A stretch of 63,193 nt of DNA, filler included, from Rhabdomonas costata (taxonomy: Eukaryota), in the NCBI GenBank assembly GCA_019059605.1. It is 49 parts of 49 records of this genome, joined end to end, with 100 filler letters (N's around TTAATTAATTAA, not from the genome) between each part and the next. Parts side by side here need not be neighbours in the genome. Positions count along the whole stretch, not along the records: positions 36,173 to 37,364 come from JAHMHO010024225.1; positions 37,465 to 38,656 come from JAHMHO010024226.1; positions 38,757 to 39,948 come from JAHMHO010024227.1; positions 40,049 to 41,240 come from JAHMHO010024228.1; positions 41,341 to 42,532 come from JAHMHO010024229.1; positions 42,633 to 43,823 come from JAHMHO010024230.1; positions 43,924 to 45,114 come from JAHMHO010024231.1; positions 45,215 to 46,406 come from JAHMHO010024232.1; 41 more parts are not named here. One strand, written 5' to 3'. A program made the position numbers and the translations under genes. The notes beneath the pieces are model-generated. The model was not told where the DNA came from. It saw only the letters and a list, made by a program, of their open reading frames with translations, and did no database searches. This document shows, piece after piece, positions 36,482 through 49,362 of this stretch (position 1 is its first letter; every line of letters starts with the position of its first letter).

Positions 36482-37364
36482 CTCGTACGGGATCCCGAGC
36501 TCCGCGAGGAGACTGGTGAGCTCGCGCTTCAGCTGGGCCACGTCCTCCTCCAGGGGGGCGTCGACCGGGCCCTCTCCGGGGTACCGCCCAAGTTTCCCCC
36601 GGAATCGCTCTCCAGCCCTATGGGTGGTGGCATATTCTGCATTACTCAGTTTTTCAGTGGTGCGCGCGCAGGATGTCTGCACAAAAACGGGATGAAGGCA
36701 CACTCTGAGGAGAATTCTGTCAACATGCTGTCAATATATTAATTTATTCGAAATCAAAGGATTCCGCTCTCTGTACAAATTCGAAAACGCAGCGCGCCGT
36801 CTGCAAAGCATTGGATGACTTTCCTACAAGAAAATGCTCCAAAGGTTACACCCTCCAAATCGCCATTGAGTAGAAGAATGTTCGCGTTTTGGCACTACAA
36901 TAACACGACAAAGCACTTGGTTCGTGAAAAAGATTAGTCCAGGGCTGGGCGATATTATGGACCCTCTTATCATTAGGGTGAGAAAACACAATTATATCAC
37001 CGACGGTTTTTGTGGGATTTTCTGTCATTTCTCTTGGGCCCATTGCATTTGCCATTGACCGTTGGGCACATGCAAGGTTGGCATTGCAGACAACCACGCA
37101 GACAGACCACACACAGACCCAACTGCTGATGCACCGTAATAATCTGGTCCTCCCTCATCTCTCCATGGATACCCAAGGCTAAACCTTCGCATCCACGCGA
37201 CACACATGCAAACAGAAGGCACCTCATCAGAAGGTAACCCATCATAGCCTCCGTGTGGTTGGCCAGTCCACTGGCGACGGCCTTTGTGCTGGCTCCTGTG
37301 GTGCACTCCTCGCCAAGAGGGCGGCAGCGCAAGAACCGCAGTGCCCAAACGTTCCTCACTACCG
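36482..37364 (-). CDS. NAE1: NEDD8-activating enzyme regulatory subunit (NAE1/APPBP1/AXR1), internal exons
   Basis: Exon ending 37223 (NVWALRFLRCRPLGEE..GYLLMR) plus exon 36617-36482 (AGERFRGKLGRYPG..LEEDVAQLKRELTSLLAELGI), phase-2 GT-AG. Matches LRVVRCRSLAEEY..YLMLRAVDRF....GRYPG....EEDIxxLK. Confidence 0.88.
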
Positions 37365-37699
37365 NNNNNNNNNNNNNNNNNNNNNNNNNNNNNNNNNNNN
37401 NNNNNNNNTTAATTAATTAANNNNNNNNNNNNNNNNNNNNNNNNNNNNNNNNNNNNNNNNNNNNGGGTGGGGGGGGGAGAAATAGGAACTGCACGTTGGA
37501 AGGTGGAGGTCCAATGAATCGAGACAGCGGTGGAAGTGAGACCGACCAGTGTGTTGGAGTAGAAGTTGGCGAAAGGAGTGGAAGCGACCTTGGGGTGTTG
37601 GAACGACAACTGGGGCCAAGTCGCGATGTCGTTGACACAGTTCCACTTCATCAAATTGCCCTTTTAGCACGGGTGGGAACGCGGAAGGTGGAGAGGCAC

Positions 37700-37913
37700 C
37701 TTAAGGGTCTTGAAGTCTGGGCAATAGTGCCCCTCCGGACAAACCATTGGCTCGTAGAACCCTTGCTGCTCGCATAAATTCCGTTTTAGGCGTTGCAAGG
37801 TGCACTGTGGACTTGGGGTGCAGATCGCAGGCCATGTTCGTTCGTCCAAGGGATGGATGAACGGGCAGAAGAAGCCCGGTAAGCAGGTGGCCCACTTATC
37901 TTTATCCATGAAC
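37700..37913 (-). CDS. Cys-rich exon (CxxGFFCP / CPEGHYCP), resembling the extracellular N-terminus of ABCG24/28-type transporters
   Basis: AG..GT-bounded frame ATCLPGFFCPFIHPLDERTWPAICTPSPQCTLQRLKRNLCEQQGFYEPMVCPEGHYCPDFKTLK. Family assignment is tentative. Confidence 0.6.
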
Positions 37914-39276
37914 CTGATAACAAAAGGTAAACGTGCAAAGGGAAATGGCGACAATTCTCAAAAAAATTTGAGAAGAAACCAAACGCTTTGCCCTGTGCTC
38001 CGTGCCAGTGGACGGCATTGCAGTGACAATGCTTTGTGCTGGTTCTGCATTGACACCACCCAGGTTTGTTCTGGGCTTCCGCACTGATCCGGACCGGAAG
38101 GACGAAAGTGGCCGTGTGACTTCTTGCCCCTTGCTACCAGAGATTGGGCATTCCTTTACACCGGTCTGGTTTCGGCAGGACGGTGCAGCCCGCAGTACAC
38201 GGGTGGTTCTGCTCTGCGAAAGCCCTGGGCCGTGACCGCAGTGGTAACTTATGGTAGTTGTGAAAGTCATAGAAAGCAATGACCTGCTAGGTACATCATG
38301 TTTTTGCAAACATGCGGAAACCAATGCGCAGCGGTGGTTTGCGGAACGTCAGCGCGCAACATGCTATGTGGAGTGTCGCATATTCCACGGAGCGAAACAA
38401 AATCTTGCCAGGGGTGACACCACAGAGCAACTCAAGGAAAAAGAAGAAATCAATGGAGCATGGGTTGCATTTTCCACACCATGAAGGTCATCATTGTCCA
38501 GTGTTCAAAGTCCGGCACACAACATCAGCACAGTTCAAATCTTTATTCCATAAATCCACAAATGGAGCATGGGTTAAAAAGGGACGTCTCGTTAGGGTTG
38601 AATGTAACCAGTCCAAGTTCAATTCAAACGTGAAAACCCTTCAAAGCACACAAAACNNNNNNNNNNNNNNNNNNNNNNNNNNNNNNNNNNNNNNNNNNNN
38701 TTAATTAATTAANNNNNNNNNNNNNNNNNNNNNNNNNNNNNNNNNNNNNNNNNNNNTTGTGGTTTGAGTCAATCGTGACCAATCCAGCTCGTTTTTCTCA
38801 GCTCGTGAGCCGAGTCAGCTGAAACCCTCCAGTTACTCAAACTCAGGGTGTGTGAGAAACTGCACATCCAGCAGTCCAGCAGGAGGGAGGTGACTGGTGG
38901 AATCACCAAAAAGCCCCCGAGGTACCATTTCTCGGATACAATTTGACCCAACGGTGAATGACACCGAGTGCAGTGGGAGTAACACCGAAGGTTTGAAGAA
39001 GACGAAGATTCCTTGAGCATCACCATCCCACCAACGGCACCAGGAAGAACTATAACGACAACGCGAAGAGCGTGTTTTTTCCTGTCCTTTAAACTTTTGT
39101 ATAAAGTGACACCTTCCTGTCTCCAATTACTATCCCCTTAATTCTATTTTGGGCACCTGTCCATTCATCCTGTTAAAATGTCCAAATTTTTTTTGCAGAA
39201 GACCAAAGCCAAGCGTGCGTTGGGGCGAGAAGGCTAATTTTTTCCTTCTCAAGTTCTCTGTGTACTGTCGCAAAGA

Positions 39277-39632
39277 ATGGAGGGTCGAACCGTATTCATT
39301 GCTGGGCTTCCCGACGATGTAAAACCACGTGAAATCTACCTCCTTTTTCGCCTAACCCCTGGATACGAAAGCTGTCAGATATCTATGGACTCGATGGGGA
39401 GGCCCCTCTGTTTTGCCACCTTCGCGGACCATGCCAGCGCTCTTGAGGGTACTTTGTGTGCTTCATCGAGGGCTATTAATTTTGTTGCGGTGTTGTGTGT
39501 GTGTGTGTGTGTGGTTTTTGTTCCTCACAGCGATACGCACAACTGGAAACGTCTTTATGGATCCTGCATCGGAAAGGCCTCTCAGAATGGAACTTGCAAA
39601 GTCCAACTCTCGGAACAAAAGAGGCAGAGAAG
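39277..39632 (+). CDS. RBPMS/couch potato/MEC-8-like RRM protein, first two exons
   Basis: Exon 39277-39448 (MEGRTVFIAGLPDDVKPREIYLLFR..GYE..PLCFATF) and exon 39531-39632 (AIRTTGNVFMDPASERPLRMELAKSNS) match RTLFVSGLPxDIKPRELYLLFR..DP....LRLEFAKxN. Confidence 0.92.
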
Positions 39633-40048
39633 GTCCCTTTCTGCGTTCAATTCAGGTTCATTTTGCCGCAGGTTGCGCGCATTTCCTTTTGCATCCTTTC
39701 CAGACCTTGAATCAGCTGAAACAAGGAGGCCACTTCGAGCCTTTCCTGGTTTGATTGCCTTGTTTGCTTGGCGTTCTGCTTCCTTTTAACTTCTCCTTGC
39801 TCCGAACCACTTCTTTGTTTTACTCTTCCCTGGCAAAGCACCTACACGTGCACCAAGATCTGTGGACCTTTCTTCTGCGGTGAGCTTTAGACCGCAGTCT
39901 TGCATTGCACCTTCGCTTGCACGTCACCATTTTGGACGTCTCAGAACCNNNNNNNNNNNNNNNNNNNNNNNNNNNNNNNNNNNNNNNNNNNNTTAATTAA
40001 TTAANNNNNNNNNNNNNNNNNNNNNNNNNNNNNNNNNNNNNNNNNNNN

Positions 40049-41260
40049 TTTGTTTTTGGAACGACTCACAGAACGTTTGAACTTACAAAGCGGTGGCCAA
40101 TAACGTGTGCGGCTTTATCTCTGCGTGGTACTCCGACTCCTTTTATCCACTCTGGTGGTTGAAGAACATACTTATCTGAATGTATTTTCCGGTGTAGGTG
40201 TGTGTGGGTTCTCAGTCTCTTTAGCCGTGTGAAACTGGTCTCTTCTTCGTATTCTACTTCCTGCATAAGGGAACACCTGTAGTGATATATTGTTTCAGTC
40301 CCTACAATATATCCGCGTAAATTTCAACTCACAATGCTTCCCATTAATCTCTGTCATTTATTCTTGTAAAGCTCCCTCCGGCAAGTGACATCGGTTGTGT
40401 GCCAACTGTGTTGCACTTTGTTCCAAATCGCTCCTTATGCCTGCGTACTGGGATCAACTTGCATTAGGTAGTGATCTGGACCACAAGACCCTTCCACTGA
40501 ATTCATTACTTCTGTTGCATCTGCACTTTTCGTAACTGTATATGACGGTGGTACCTTTATTTTCACTCGGTTGACACTATCACATCTGAAATTGGAAACT
40601 GACTGTGTTCGCTGCGATCGTCCAGCTGCGGGTTTAACCGCTGATTTAGCTCCCACATTAACGTGTTGAGGCTTCACTCTCGGGACGTATTCACCACACG
40701 CTGATTGACATCTGGGTTTAGCTTCACTGTGGACTGCTCCCACTTCCTTCATCGAGTTTTGCTCTTCTCGTGCTTGTTTGAAGTCTGCTAGAATTTTAGA
40801 CAACTGTAAAACTGGGGCTTTTGGATTAGACTTTGGTGGTGGTGTTTTTTATTTATCACGACATGCCTTAGCTAGTACGTGAGCTACAATGCTCCACTGT
40901 TGGTTTGCAAACAGACACACTTCTTATACTTCTTGGATCCACACAAACAAAACGCAATATATCCAATTGCATATTCATCTTGCTCGTATAGCGCGAACTA
41001 CACTGAAAGCTTGTGATGATTCTCTGAGGCAAAAGGGTCAGTACATGGGGTCACCATTAATTTATAAAACATATCCCATGAAGATAGTTGGATCCACCTT
41101 TACATCTTCTTCTGTACCAACAAATATCGGTAACGGGATTCTTCCTTTTACGTTGCTTAACATAACTTTGCCAAATTTATCTCCGCTCTTCCCTTCTTCC
41201 GAATCCGAACTACTCTTTCTCTTCAGCTTCCAACCACCACNNNNNNNNNNNNNNNNNNNN
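40049..41260 (-). pseudogene. Long decayed intronless reading frame, possibly a retroelement gag-like relic
   Basis: One frame runs most of the contig with scattered stops (LPIFVGTEE.., ORF 40435-40803); no diagnostic motif. Confidence 0.3.
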
Positions 41261-42751
41261 NNNNNNNNNNNNNNNNNNNNNNNNTTAATTAATTAANNNN
41301 NNNNNNNNNNNNNNNNNNNNNNNNNNNNNNNNNNNNNNNNTTTTTTGGTGATCTAATATTAATGTTAGTCCTGGTCGAAAGTTGCTTTCCGCCAATTTTT
41401 ATCCAGAACCCAGAATGTATCGAATTGTTTGTTTGACTTCGGAGGTGACCAAATTGTTCCAGTTAAACGTTCAGCACCCCACCCTCCAAAAATACTTGAA
41501 GGGATTCCGGCCTCCCCATGTGCACACAAGCGCACTCCCTTGCACAGCGTGACCACGAGCACCGTCATCTCTCAGAACAACACCAATGTCACCCAGCAGG
41601 GTATGCCGGTGGTGCCACGTGTCAGTGTGTATGCGAAAGTCTTGCAGCAAAATGCGGCTGAAGCGTGCTGTAGTATGGTGCAGTATTGTTGTTTGTCAAT
41701 GCTTGTTGTAGAGAGAGTCGATGGAGAGTCGATGCCTCTGCCGATTTTGGTGGCCGAATGCTTCCAACTTACAAGCAGTCAACCTGGATAAGTCGGCTGA
41801 TAAGGAGATTGAGTATGTAGGGTCCGCCATGAAAAGCACCCGAGGACTCCAAGCAAAACCCCAAGCAGGAAGCAGGAAGCATTTGGCAATAGCGAACTGT
41901 GGTTGTGTATAAAAGCTATGAGTGTGGTGGGAACAAGCCCGCTTTGATGTGCGCAGGAACGGCCCCCGGGAGCGTGCTGGTCATGAAGGGCCAGGTATGT
42001 TGGTTTGGTTTCCGCCCGCGCGGGTTTTGCTGCACGGTCACTTATTGAAGGGTGCCCTCAAGTCTTTCGGGCACGCAGGGAAGGAGGAAGTTGTGGTATC
42101 TTTCGGAATTTGGGGGGCTCTCGCGAATACACGGTTGCGCGAGTGTGCACATGCGCACTCGGGATCATGCATCCATGGCGGGCTTAAGGGCACTTTATCC
42201 GCCAAATACGTCTCGAGACATACCCCCCCTTTTGTGTCGATATATAAATGGCATAGGTCTACTTGACCGGCCAAAGGCAAAGGCAGCAAGGGGGCGACAA
42301 GTCACTGGAAGCAGCCTCTAGCTTCTCCTCATCACCCATATAAATTTGCATGGGGTGAGGTGGCGAGGTGAGGTTCTTGGTCTCGCAGGGGGTTAGGTGG
42401 CGATTGACGTGTCCCTAGCGCTTAGTGCCTAGCGCCTAGTGCTTCACCTGGAGACACAGCGAGACCTAGTTTGTGTGGGGGAGTCATGTCTCGAAACATA
42501 GGGGGGGTGTCTCGAGACATGACCCCCCACACNNNNNNNNNNNNNNNNNNNNNNNNNNNNNNNNNNNNNNNNNNNNTTAATTAATTAANNNNNNNNNNNN
42601 NNNNNNNNNNNNNNNNNNNNNNNNNNNNNNNNGGTTGGGTTTTTGTTTTGGGCAAATGCCGTTGGGCGCTGTACTGATTTTCCTCTGCTCATCAAATTGG
42701 TTGCGGGGGAGGGGGGGCACTTCTCTCGTGCTTGTGTCCATGTCCCGACAG

Positions 42752-43451
42752 GTCAACGAGTGCAAGTGGGACAACACGGGGAGGTACCTCTTCATGACCA
42801 CAGAGCTGGGCACAATTGAGATCTTCACTCACGAGCTGAAGCGTCTGGTCTCGATCCACGCCCACCCCTCGAACATCTACTGCATAGAGTTCTCCAAGTG
42901 CGGCAGGTAACTGGCGTCCACCTTTTGTTGCTTATCTTGTGTAGCAAGATCCCTTTATCTGTGATTGTTGCATTTGGTACATGAATTGTTCTTTTTTGGG
43001 GGGGTCTTTTTAGCACCCGTTTAGCGTCCTCAGTGGGCCTCCGGACCTGCACCAATCGTCAAGGATCACCCGTAGGAGGGGGGCTCAGTCAGTTCGTTGA
43101 TTTTAATTTCATGTTTTGGCATCTTGATTGAATCTTTTGGCCCGTTTACGGAGCCACGTTTCTAAAGGGGTGGGGTGTTCGAGCGCTGAAGGTTGGACTC
43201 CCAGAAACAAATCTCGAGTAAACCAGTCAACCTGGCTGCTCTTTGGTTTAGGCTTTCCCTCTGGAATGGTTGCGGTGCTCAGAGATGAAAGGGGTGGGGG
43301 CTCTTTGCCATTTGTTTTCCTTCGAAGGACTTCTCGTTCTGTTTCTCGGGGCGTGCGCGCATAGGTTTTTCGCTGTGGGCTCGGCGGATGCCATTGTCAG
43401 CCTGTTCTCCTTGCCAGAGATGATCTGCGTGAGGACCTTCACTCGCCTGGA
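42752..43451 (+). CDS. THOC3: THO complex subunit 3 (Tex1), internal exons
   Basis: Exons 42752-42906 (VNECKWDNTGRYLFMTT..SIHAHPSNIYCIEFSKCGR) and 43365-43451 (FFAVGSADAIVSLFSLPEMICVRTFTRL) match THOC3 AHPSNC.CI.F...G.YFA.GSADALVSLWD..EL.CVR.F.RL. Confidence 0.93.
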
Positions 43452-45297
43452 GTGTGTAGCGCGGGGGTCCTGTGGGGGTCGTGCAGCGCGTAGAGCAGCG
43501 TAAGGCTGGAATTGATTTGTTTAAACTGTAGCAAGGCCACTCCGTCTCAGCTGCGTATAACAGTGTATGCATGCTGAAATCTTCTGCCGACCGACCGATG
43601 CCACCTTCGGCACTTTTTGGGGGCTAGGATAACCAAGATATTGCATTGCCGGAACTTCAGCGTTGTTCCGGTTGTTCACCACTGGCAGTTGGAAAGTGAT
43701 TTGCCCACCCGCCGGACTTCAATTTTTGAGATTTATATCAGTCTTATCCCCGATCCCGGATCCAAGCTTATTTCACAACAACCCTCAGTAAAGCGTGGCC
43801 TCCTGATCGTATGACAACCACCCNNNNNNNNNNNNNNNNNNNNNNNNNNNNNNNNNNNNNNNNNNNNTTAATTAATTAANNNNNNNNNNNNNNNNNNNNN
43901 NNNNNNNNNNNNNNNNNNNNNNNTGTGTTTTTTTCATTCGGGTTTTCTCTTTTGCTATTTCTCTTCAGCGCAGCTCACTGAGGGAGCCAATATGCGCCCA
44001 CTGTTGTGAAGTAAGAGAAGGAAAACCCGTGCCTGCTCTGTCCGTGTGCTGGGGTTGCGCATCAATGGTGCAGAACTGGGGTGGTCCCTCTACTCGGGGT
44101 GGAAGAAGACTTTTCTTCCGCGGCGGTGTGGGCGGCATTGGTGGAAGATGCGCGGCCGCAGTACTCTCAGCTGGCCTGTTGGGAGGTCTGGCGTGGGGGC
44201 TCCTGAGAACGTCCTCCCGAAGCTTTTCCCTGCCGTTGTGGGCGAAGGATGCTTTGCAAGTGGGGAATAATTCTGGGATCGCCCATGCACACGGCCCTGG
44301 CTCCACCGAAGGTCGGTGCTTCGTATGTGGGGTGTGTCCACGCCTGATGCTGTCCCCTTCACGGAGTCTATGCGCCCCGATGGTCCATTACATAGGGAAA
44401 CAAAAAGGGTGCCTACATCTGCATTGGAAGGTGCCTTCCCTGTGTATTTCGGTTTCGTATTAGCGCCTCATCGGAACCCACTCGCACCGCCTTCCAAATG
44501 TCAGTCCAAATCGAAGAAAATCCTCCTCGCTTCTTGCTACGTATTCCTTTGAATCCCAGGGCGTGATGTGCCCCGCATTTCAACCCCACATCAGCAAACT
44601 GCCATCATCGCTGCTGGCGTTCCCTCCCAGTACATCCGGTGTTGAATGCCTGGGAAAGCATGGCGGCTCCATATCCTCGTTGCCTGGCACATGGAAATAG
44701 CAAAATTTTGAAATAGAGGCTTCTGCTCTGCATCCACTGCGGAGGTCCGAGAGAAAGCTGGTAGTTATAAGAGAGCGGTACCCACCACCATTTTTTTCGG
44801 TGCTGCCGCACCTCAGGACGGGCCCTCCCTCCCTCTCATTGTGGAGGGGCCGCGGACTGCGCGGAGCGGATCGGTCAGCTTCGCGCCAGACTCGAGAGCC
44901 ACGGCGGAGTGCTTCCCTCGGAGTGGGCAGGTGAGCCCGTCGCACACCCCACACGCATAGCTTAGCCTTCCACATTTCCTCTCACCTCGCCCACCTCTGT
45001 GCCTCAGCCGCTCTCATTTCTCAAGCTCTCCCCTCCACACCATACTCGAACGAACGAACGAACGAACGAACGAACGAGCTCTCCGTGATTGAACATTCTC
45101 GATTCCCCTGAGGGNNNNNNNNNNNNNNNNNNNNNNNNNNNNNNNNNNNNNNNNNNNNTTAATTAATTAANNNNNNNNNNNNNNNNNNNNNNNNNNNNNN
45201 NNNNNNNNNNNNNNGGTTGTGGGGGGAAAAGATACGCTTCATCACTAACTGGAAAAAATATATTGTATGTTACACCTTATAATCAACTATGTCTTGA

Positions 45298-45610
45298 CAT
45301 AGTTGATTATAAGGTGTAACATACAATATATTTTTTCCAGTTAGTGATGAAGCGTATCTTTTCCCTCCACGTGCATATTCACTCCATATCATAGTTAGTT
45401 GATGTTTATTTAAAATATCTTTGATTTCATTGTTATGCTTCTGGATCTGCAAAAAAAATGTTCTTCAGATTTAAGATAATATGTACTTACATCTCTTGAA
45501 TTGTATTTCAGATTATCTACGTATTCAAATACTATAGGTTTACCGCGTATTTCCTTTTGATATTCTATTTTTAGTCCTCCTATTTCATTTTTTAATTCAA
45601 AATGTGAGAC
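45298..45610 (-). pseudogene. AT-rich viral-like fragment: possible PolB C-terminus fused to a superfamily 1 helicase (Polinton-like virus type)
   Basis: EIGGLKIE..(frameshift)..LTMIWSEYARGGKRYA..KNILYVTPYNQL gives a degenerate Walker A (AGxGKS/T) and motif Ia (VTPxNxL). Abrupt GC shift at ~45610. Confidence 0.55.
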
Positions 45611-46847
45611 AAACTCACGGCACTGCGGCACAGCCATCACAGAAAGAGGTACGACACAGACATTGATCACTTGACTTGTTCATCAAATTGGAGCAGTTCA
45701 GACCGCAATAGTGAAAAAGGAAAAACGAACTGAGACTGGAACCTTCTTTACCCTGTCCGCTTTGTTGTTATGCTCGGGTTTGTACACCCTCAGGGTGGTT
45801 AGGGCGTTGTTGTCGACCCCACCCTTGCCATGTCCTTAAGCTGCGCAGTCACATGCCTTTCGTAGGAATACTGTGACGCAAGCATTTGGGTGCGATTCGC
45901 TTTTGGGGGCTTAGTATGCGTGTGTGTTTGTGTGTGCGTGCGGTGCTAAATCGGTTCAGTGTTATGGCCCGCTTTGCATGAGCCATTCCATGTCAGAAAT
46001 GGATTCACTGACATGTCTTTCTTTGGAAGCATCAACGAAGGCTAATAACAACGATCATTGTGAAGCTGGAGTCTGCAGCGAGCCCAAAAGGAACTCATGT
46101 GCACGAATACTAACGAAAAGCTGATAAAACCGCAGACACCCACTCACGCTGCTCAGCTGTCGTTCAAGGAGCAAAGACAACGATAAAATAAGCACACCCA
46201 CACAAAATCTGAAACCAAAACAACTCATTTGTGGCAGCAGGAAGGGGAGGAAGGAGCCAGCTCTCTCATAAACGGCACAGGGCAGTCAGGCCCTCCATTA
46301 TGTATGGTATGGAATTCACTCACAGTCACGCAGACCCTCAACTAAAGAAAACGAGTGAAGAACAGAGAGTAGAGTACGCTTCGATGAGATTTTTACCCCA
46401 AACCCCNNNNNNNNNNNNNNNNNNNNNNNNNNNNNNNNNNNNNNNNNNNNTTAATTAATTAANNNNNNNNNNNNNNNNNNNNNNNNNNNNNNNNNNNNNN
46501 NNNNNNGGGTTCGGTTTCGGTTTTTGTTTAGGTTTAGGTTTAGCATTTTTCTTTCCGCTTTGCATCCGACTTCGGGAAAAGTTACTAATCTGACCACATT
46601 TGGTCTACGGTGATATGGATGCGTCCCGGCAACCCGGTTACCGGTTACCGGGGAACCAAAGGTCGGCTTCAATCGACAGCATGTTTACCACCGTATTCTT
46701 GTTTTTAGTCTACACGCTTCTTTAACAGTTTCTTTTTCTTCGCCACGAGGATTTCACGTTTTTGAATGAGACTTAGTGGAAAATCGGTATAACTGCATTG
46801 CGGGGGAGGGGGGGGGCGTGCTGGGATAAATCCCACCCCCAGCACAC

Positions 46848-47042
46848 TTCATGGGCCCCGTCGGGGAGCATCTGCTCCGCGAGGTACTGGAGAGTGACAG
46901 AGCCGTCACAGTGCTCTACGATGGGTGCTGGCGCCTGAGCTCGCACCACGCTGCCCTCGCTGAGGTCAAACTCGGCCAAAACCAAGTGCAGGCCAGAGAG
47001 GCCTGAGGCGCTTTCCTCACGCCCCATGCCGTCCGATGCCAT
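46848..47042 (-). CDS. Afi1/MesA-like (uDENN-type) protein, first exon
   Basis: MAS..HLVLAEFDLSEGSVVRAQAP..YLAEQMLPDGAHE|GT matches the Afi1 N-terminal AEFDIDxGS..QYP..LAELMLPDGAH motif. Confidence 0.8.
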
Positions 47043-48099
47043 ACCAACGGCCCACGTTCCTCAGAAATTGCTTCGTTCTCAGGAAAGAGGATCCTGTAGC
47101 GCACAGGATGTCCGCATCAGCTGACGCCCACAAGGTCAGCAAGTTTTATTGCATCACAGACAAACACATCAACAGCCGGCAACACATCAACAGGCGGGGG
47201 CAGCGACGGACCACCTCGTGTCCGGAGAACAAAAGTGTAGTTACAATGAAGAGCGCCGAAAACCAAAGTTCCTTTGACACGTGAAAATATAATGGCGTCT
47301 TACTTGGCCTGTGGGCGATTCTTGTTCTGAGGGACGTCCTATTCCGAACCCTCACAGCACCACAAAAGGCGCCTCCATTCAGCAGAGATTGAGCTTCATG
47401 AGCAGACTACGTCGTAAATCGATCGTTTTGCCTGTACGCAAAAAAGAACATTATACACAGTCTCGGTTCCAGTGGCATAAATACAGGGTACAGGGTTGTT
47501 CGGATAGACACGTAACGTCTCTCCTCAAATTCCGGCGTAACTAGCCTCACATAGGAGCCCCAAAAAGAAATTCCGGTTCAAAAAAAAACACAGGGCAGGC
47601 CCAGGCAAGGACCACGATCAAAGAAAAGTCAAAACTCAACAGCCCTCACGCCTGACCTCCATTCGAGCGGCCAGATTGACCGTCTTGCCCCACACCCNNN
47701 NNNNNNNNNNNNNNNNNNNNNNNNNNNNNNNNNNNNNNNNNTTAATTAATTAANNNNNNNNNNNNNNNNNNNNNNNNNNNNNNNNNNNNNNNNNNNNAAA
47801 ACGTTCCCGCCTCAGCCGCCCGCTCCGGCCGCACCGAGGACTCGCCTCAGCGGCAGCGGCGCTGGCCTTCGCCACAAAAATAACTCAAACCGTTTTCCGT
47901 TGTTAAACCGTGTAACGAAGTAAAACCGTTTACCACCCCTCTCCCAAATATATCGGACCGCCTCCATCGATTGAAAGCATTTTTCCAAGTCGTCCAAAAT
48001 CATACCACAGCAGCATTCTGCATTCTGCATTCTCACTCCAACTGCTGCGTGACACACCAGCGCTAAAGAAAAGATGCCCGCACGGCGGGTCACACATAC

Positions 48100-48820
48100 A
48101 TCACGAAGAGGATGATCCCGATGCTCCACAGGTCCACGCTCTTCGTGTAACCCACCGAGCTGCCCGTGGCCTGCGCCGCAGTGACCTCAGGGGCTATTTT
48201 GCGAGGTGTGGTTGGGGAAGAAAAACACAACGCACAGCACACAAACGTAAACATGCGAGGCGCCAGCAACTCAACTCTGGTGTCCAGATATCGACTCGCC
48301 TCTCATCATGGTACACCAGCATCCAAAAGGGTTACTCTGAAGAGACATACGGGTGGGCGGCTTGAAAACGTATCCACAAAAACTCCAGAAAGGCATTGGA
48401 ACCACAGCCACACTCATACGCTCCATGAGACAACCACAGGCGTAGTGACTCATCAGAAGCGCCAGTTCCAGGTGTGGGTGTCACCACAACGAAGGGCAGC
48501 AGTTCACAAGAGTCAGCTCCCAAGTGGAAATGCGAGATGAACTTACGAGATTGACGAGTCCATCCAGTACGAAAAAAGTGCAAAAAAAAAAAGGGCGCTG
48601 GCAGGCTCTGGTGAGACACGCACCATGAAAGTCTTCAGTGCGCACCGGATCGAGCGAGGAGGTGGAAAGAAAAGGAAACGGGTGTGTACCCGCAGTGTAT
48701 TGCATCACCGTAAGCGGGCGCACACATACCTAGGTACAAAGGGGTCCCACACACAGTGCTCATCAGGGTGGAGTCCCCGCAAGGCCGGGCCACCCCAGAG
48801 TCCGTGAACTTCAGCAGGAT
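48100..48820 (-). CDS. Ser/Thr protein kinase (CAMK/CHK2-like), subdomains VII-IX
   Basis: Exons 48820-48730 (ILLKFTDSGVARPCGDSTLMSTVCGTPLYL) and 48193-48100 (APEV..VGYTKSVDLWSIGIILFVM), phase-1 GT-AG. DFG reads DSG. Confidence 0.9.
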
Positions 48821-49362
48821 CTGCTCCGCCCCACCCGCAGACCCTTTTGAATTTTCCACCACCAAAAAGAAACATAAAAAAGGGCTAAACTACATAACGA
48901 TAGATACACCCCACAACTCAGAAGAACGTATGTGACGTATTTCAACCTGGTCATCAGACCCTATATAATTGCCATCGTCACCACCCCCNNNNNNNNNNNN
49001 NNNNNNNNNNNNNNNNNNNNNNNNNNNNNNNNTTAATTAATTAANNNNNNNNNNNNNNNNNNNNNNNNNNNNNNNNNNNNNNNNNNNNGGGTTTGGGGGG
49101 GCTCCGTTATCTCCATCGCTGTTGTTTTGAATCTCGCTGGATTCTACGCCAGATTCCGGGGATCCCTCATTTATAGTTTGTCTCAAGAAGCCATGCGGGA
49201 GGGGGAGGGGATGCGATACTTGAGCCATACGTTTTAATTATGTCATCCGTCTGGCCCCTAGGATGCCGCAACTGGTGCACCTTTTGAGTATGCATCCCAA
49301 TATGGATCTCTAACTTCATTGCTGTCCACATACGGGTTCCCATTGCCGCGCTTGCCCCTGCA

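Noticed and set aside
45215-45297. Plus-strand copy of the helicase-like peptide and the ORF end QDIVDYKV
   Set aside because: Produced by the fold-back chimera at the contig start.
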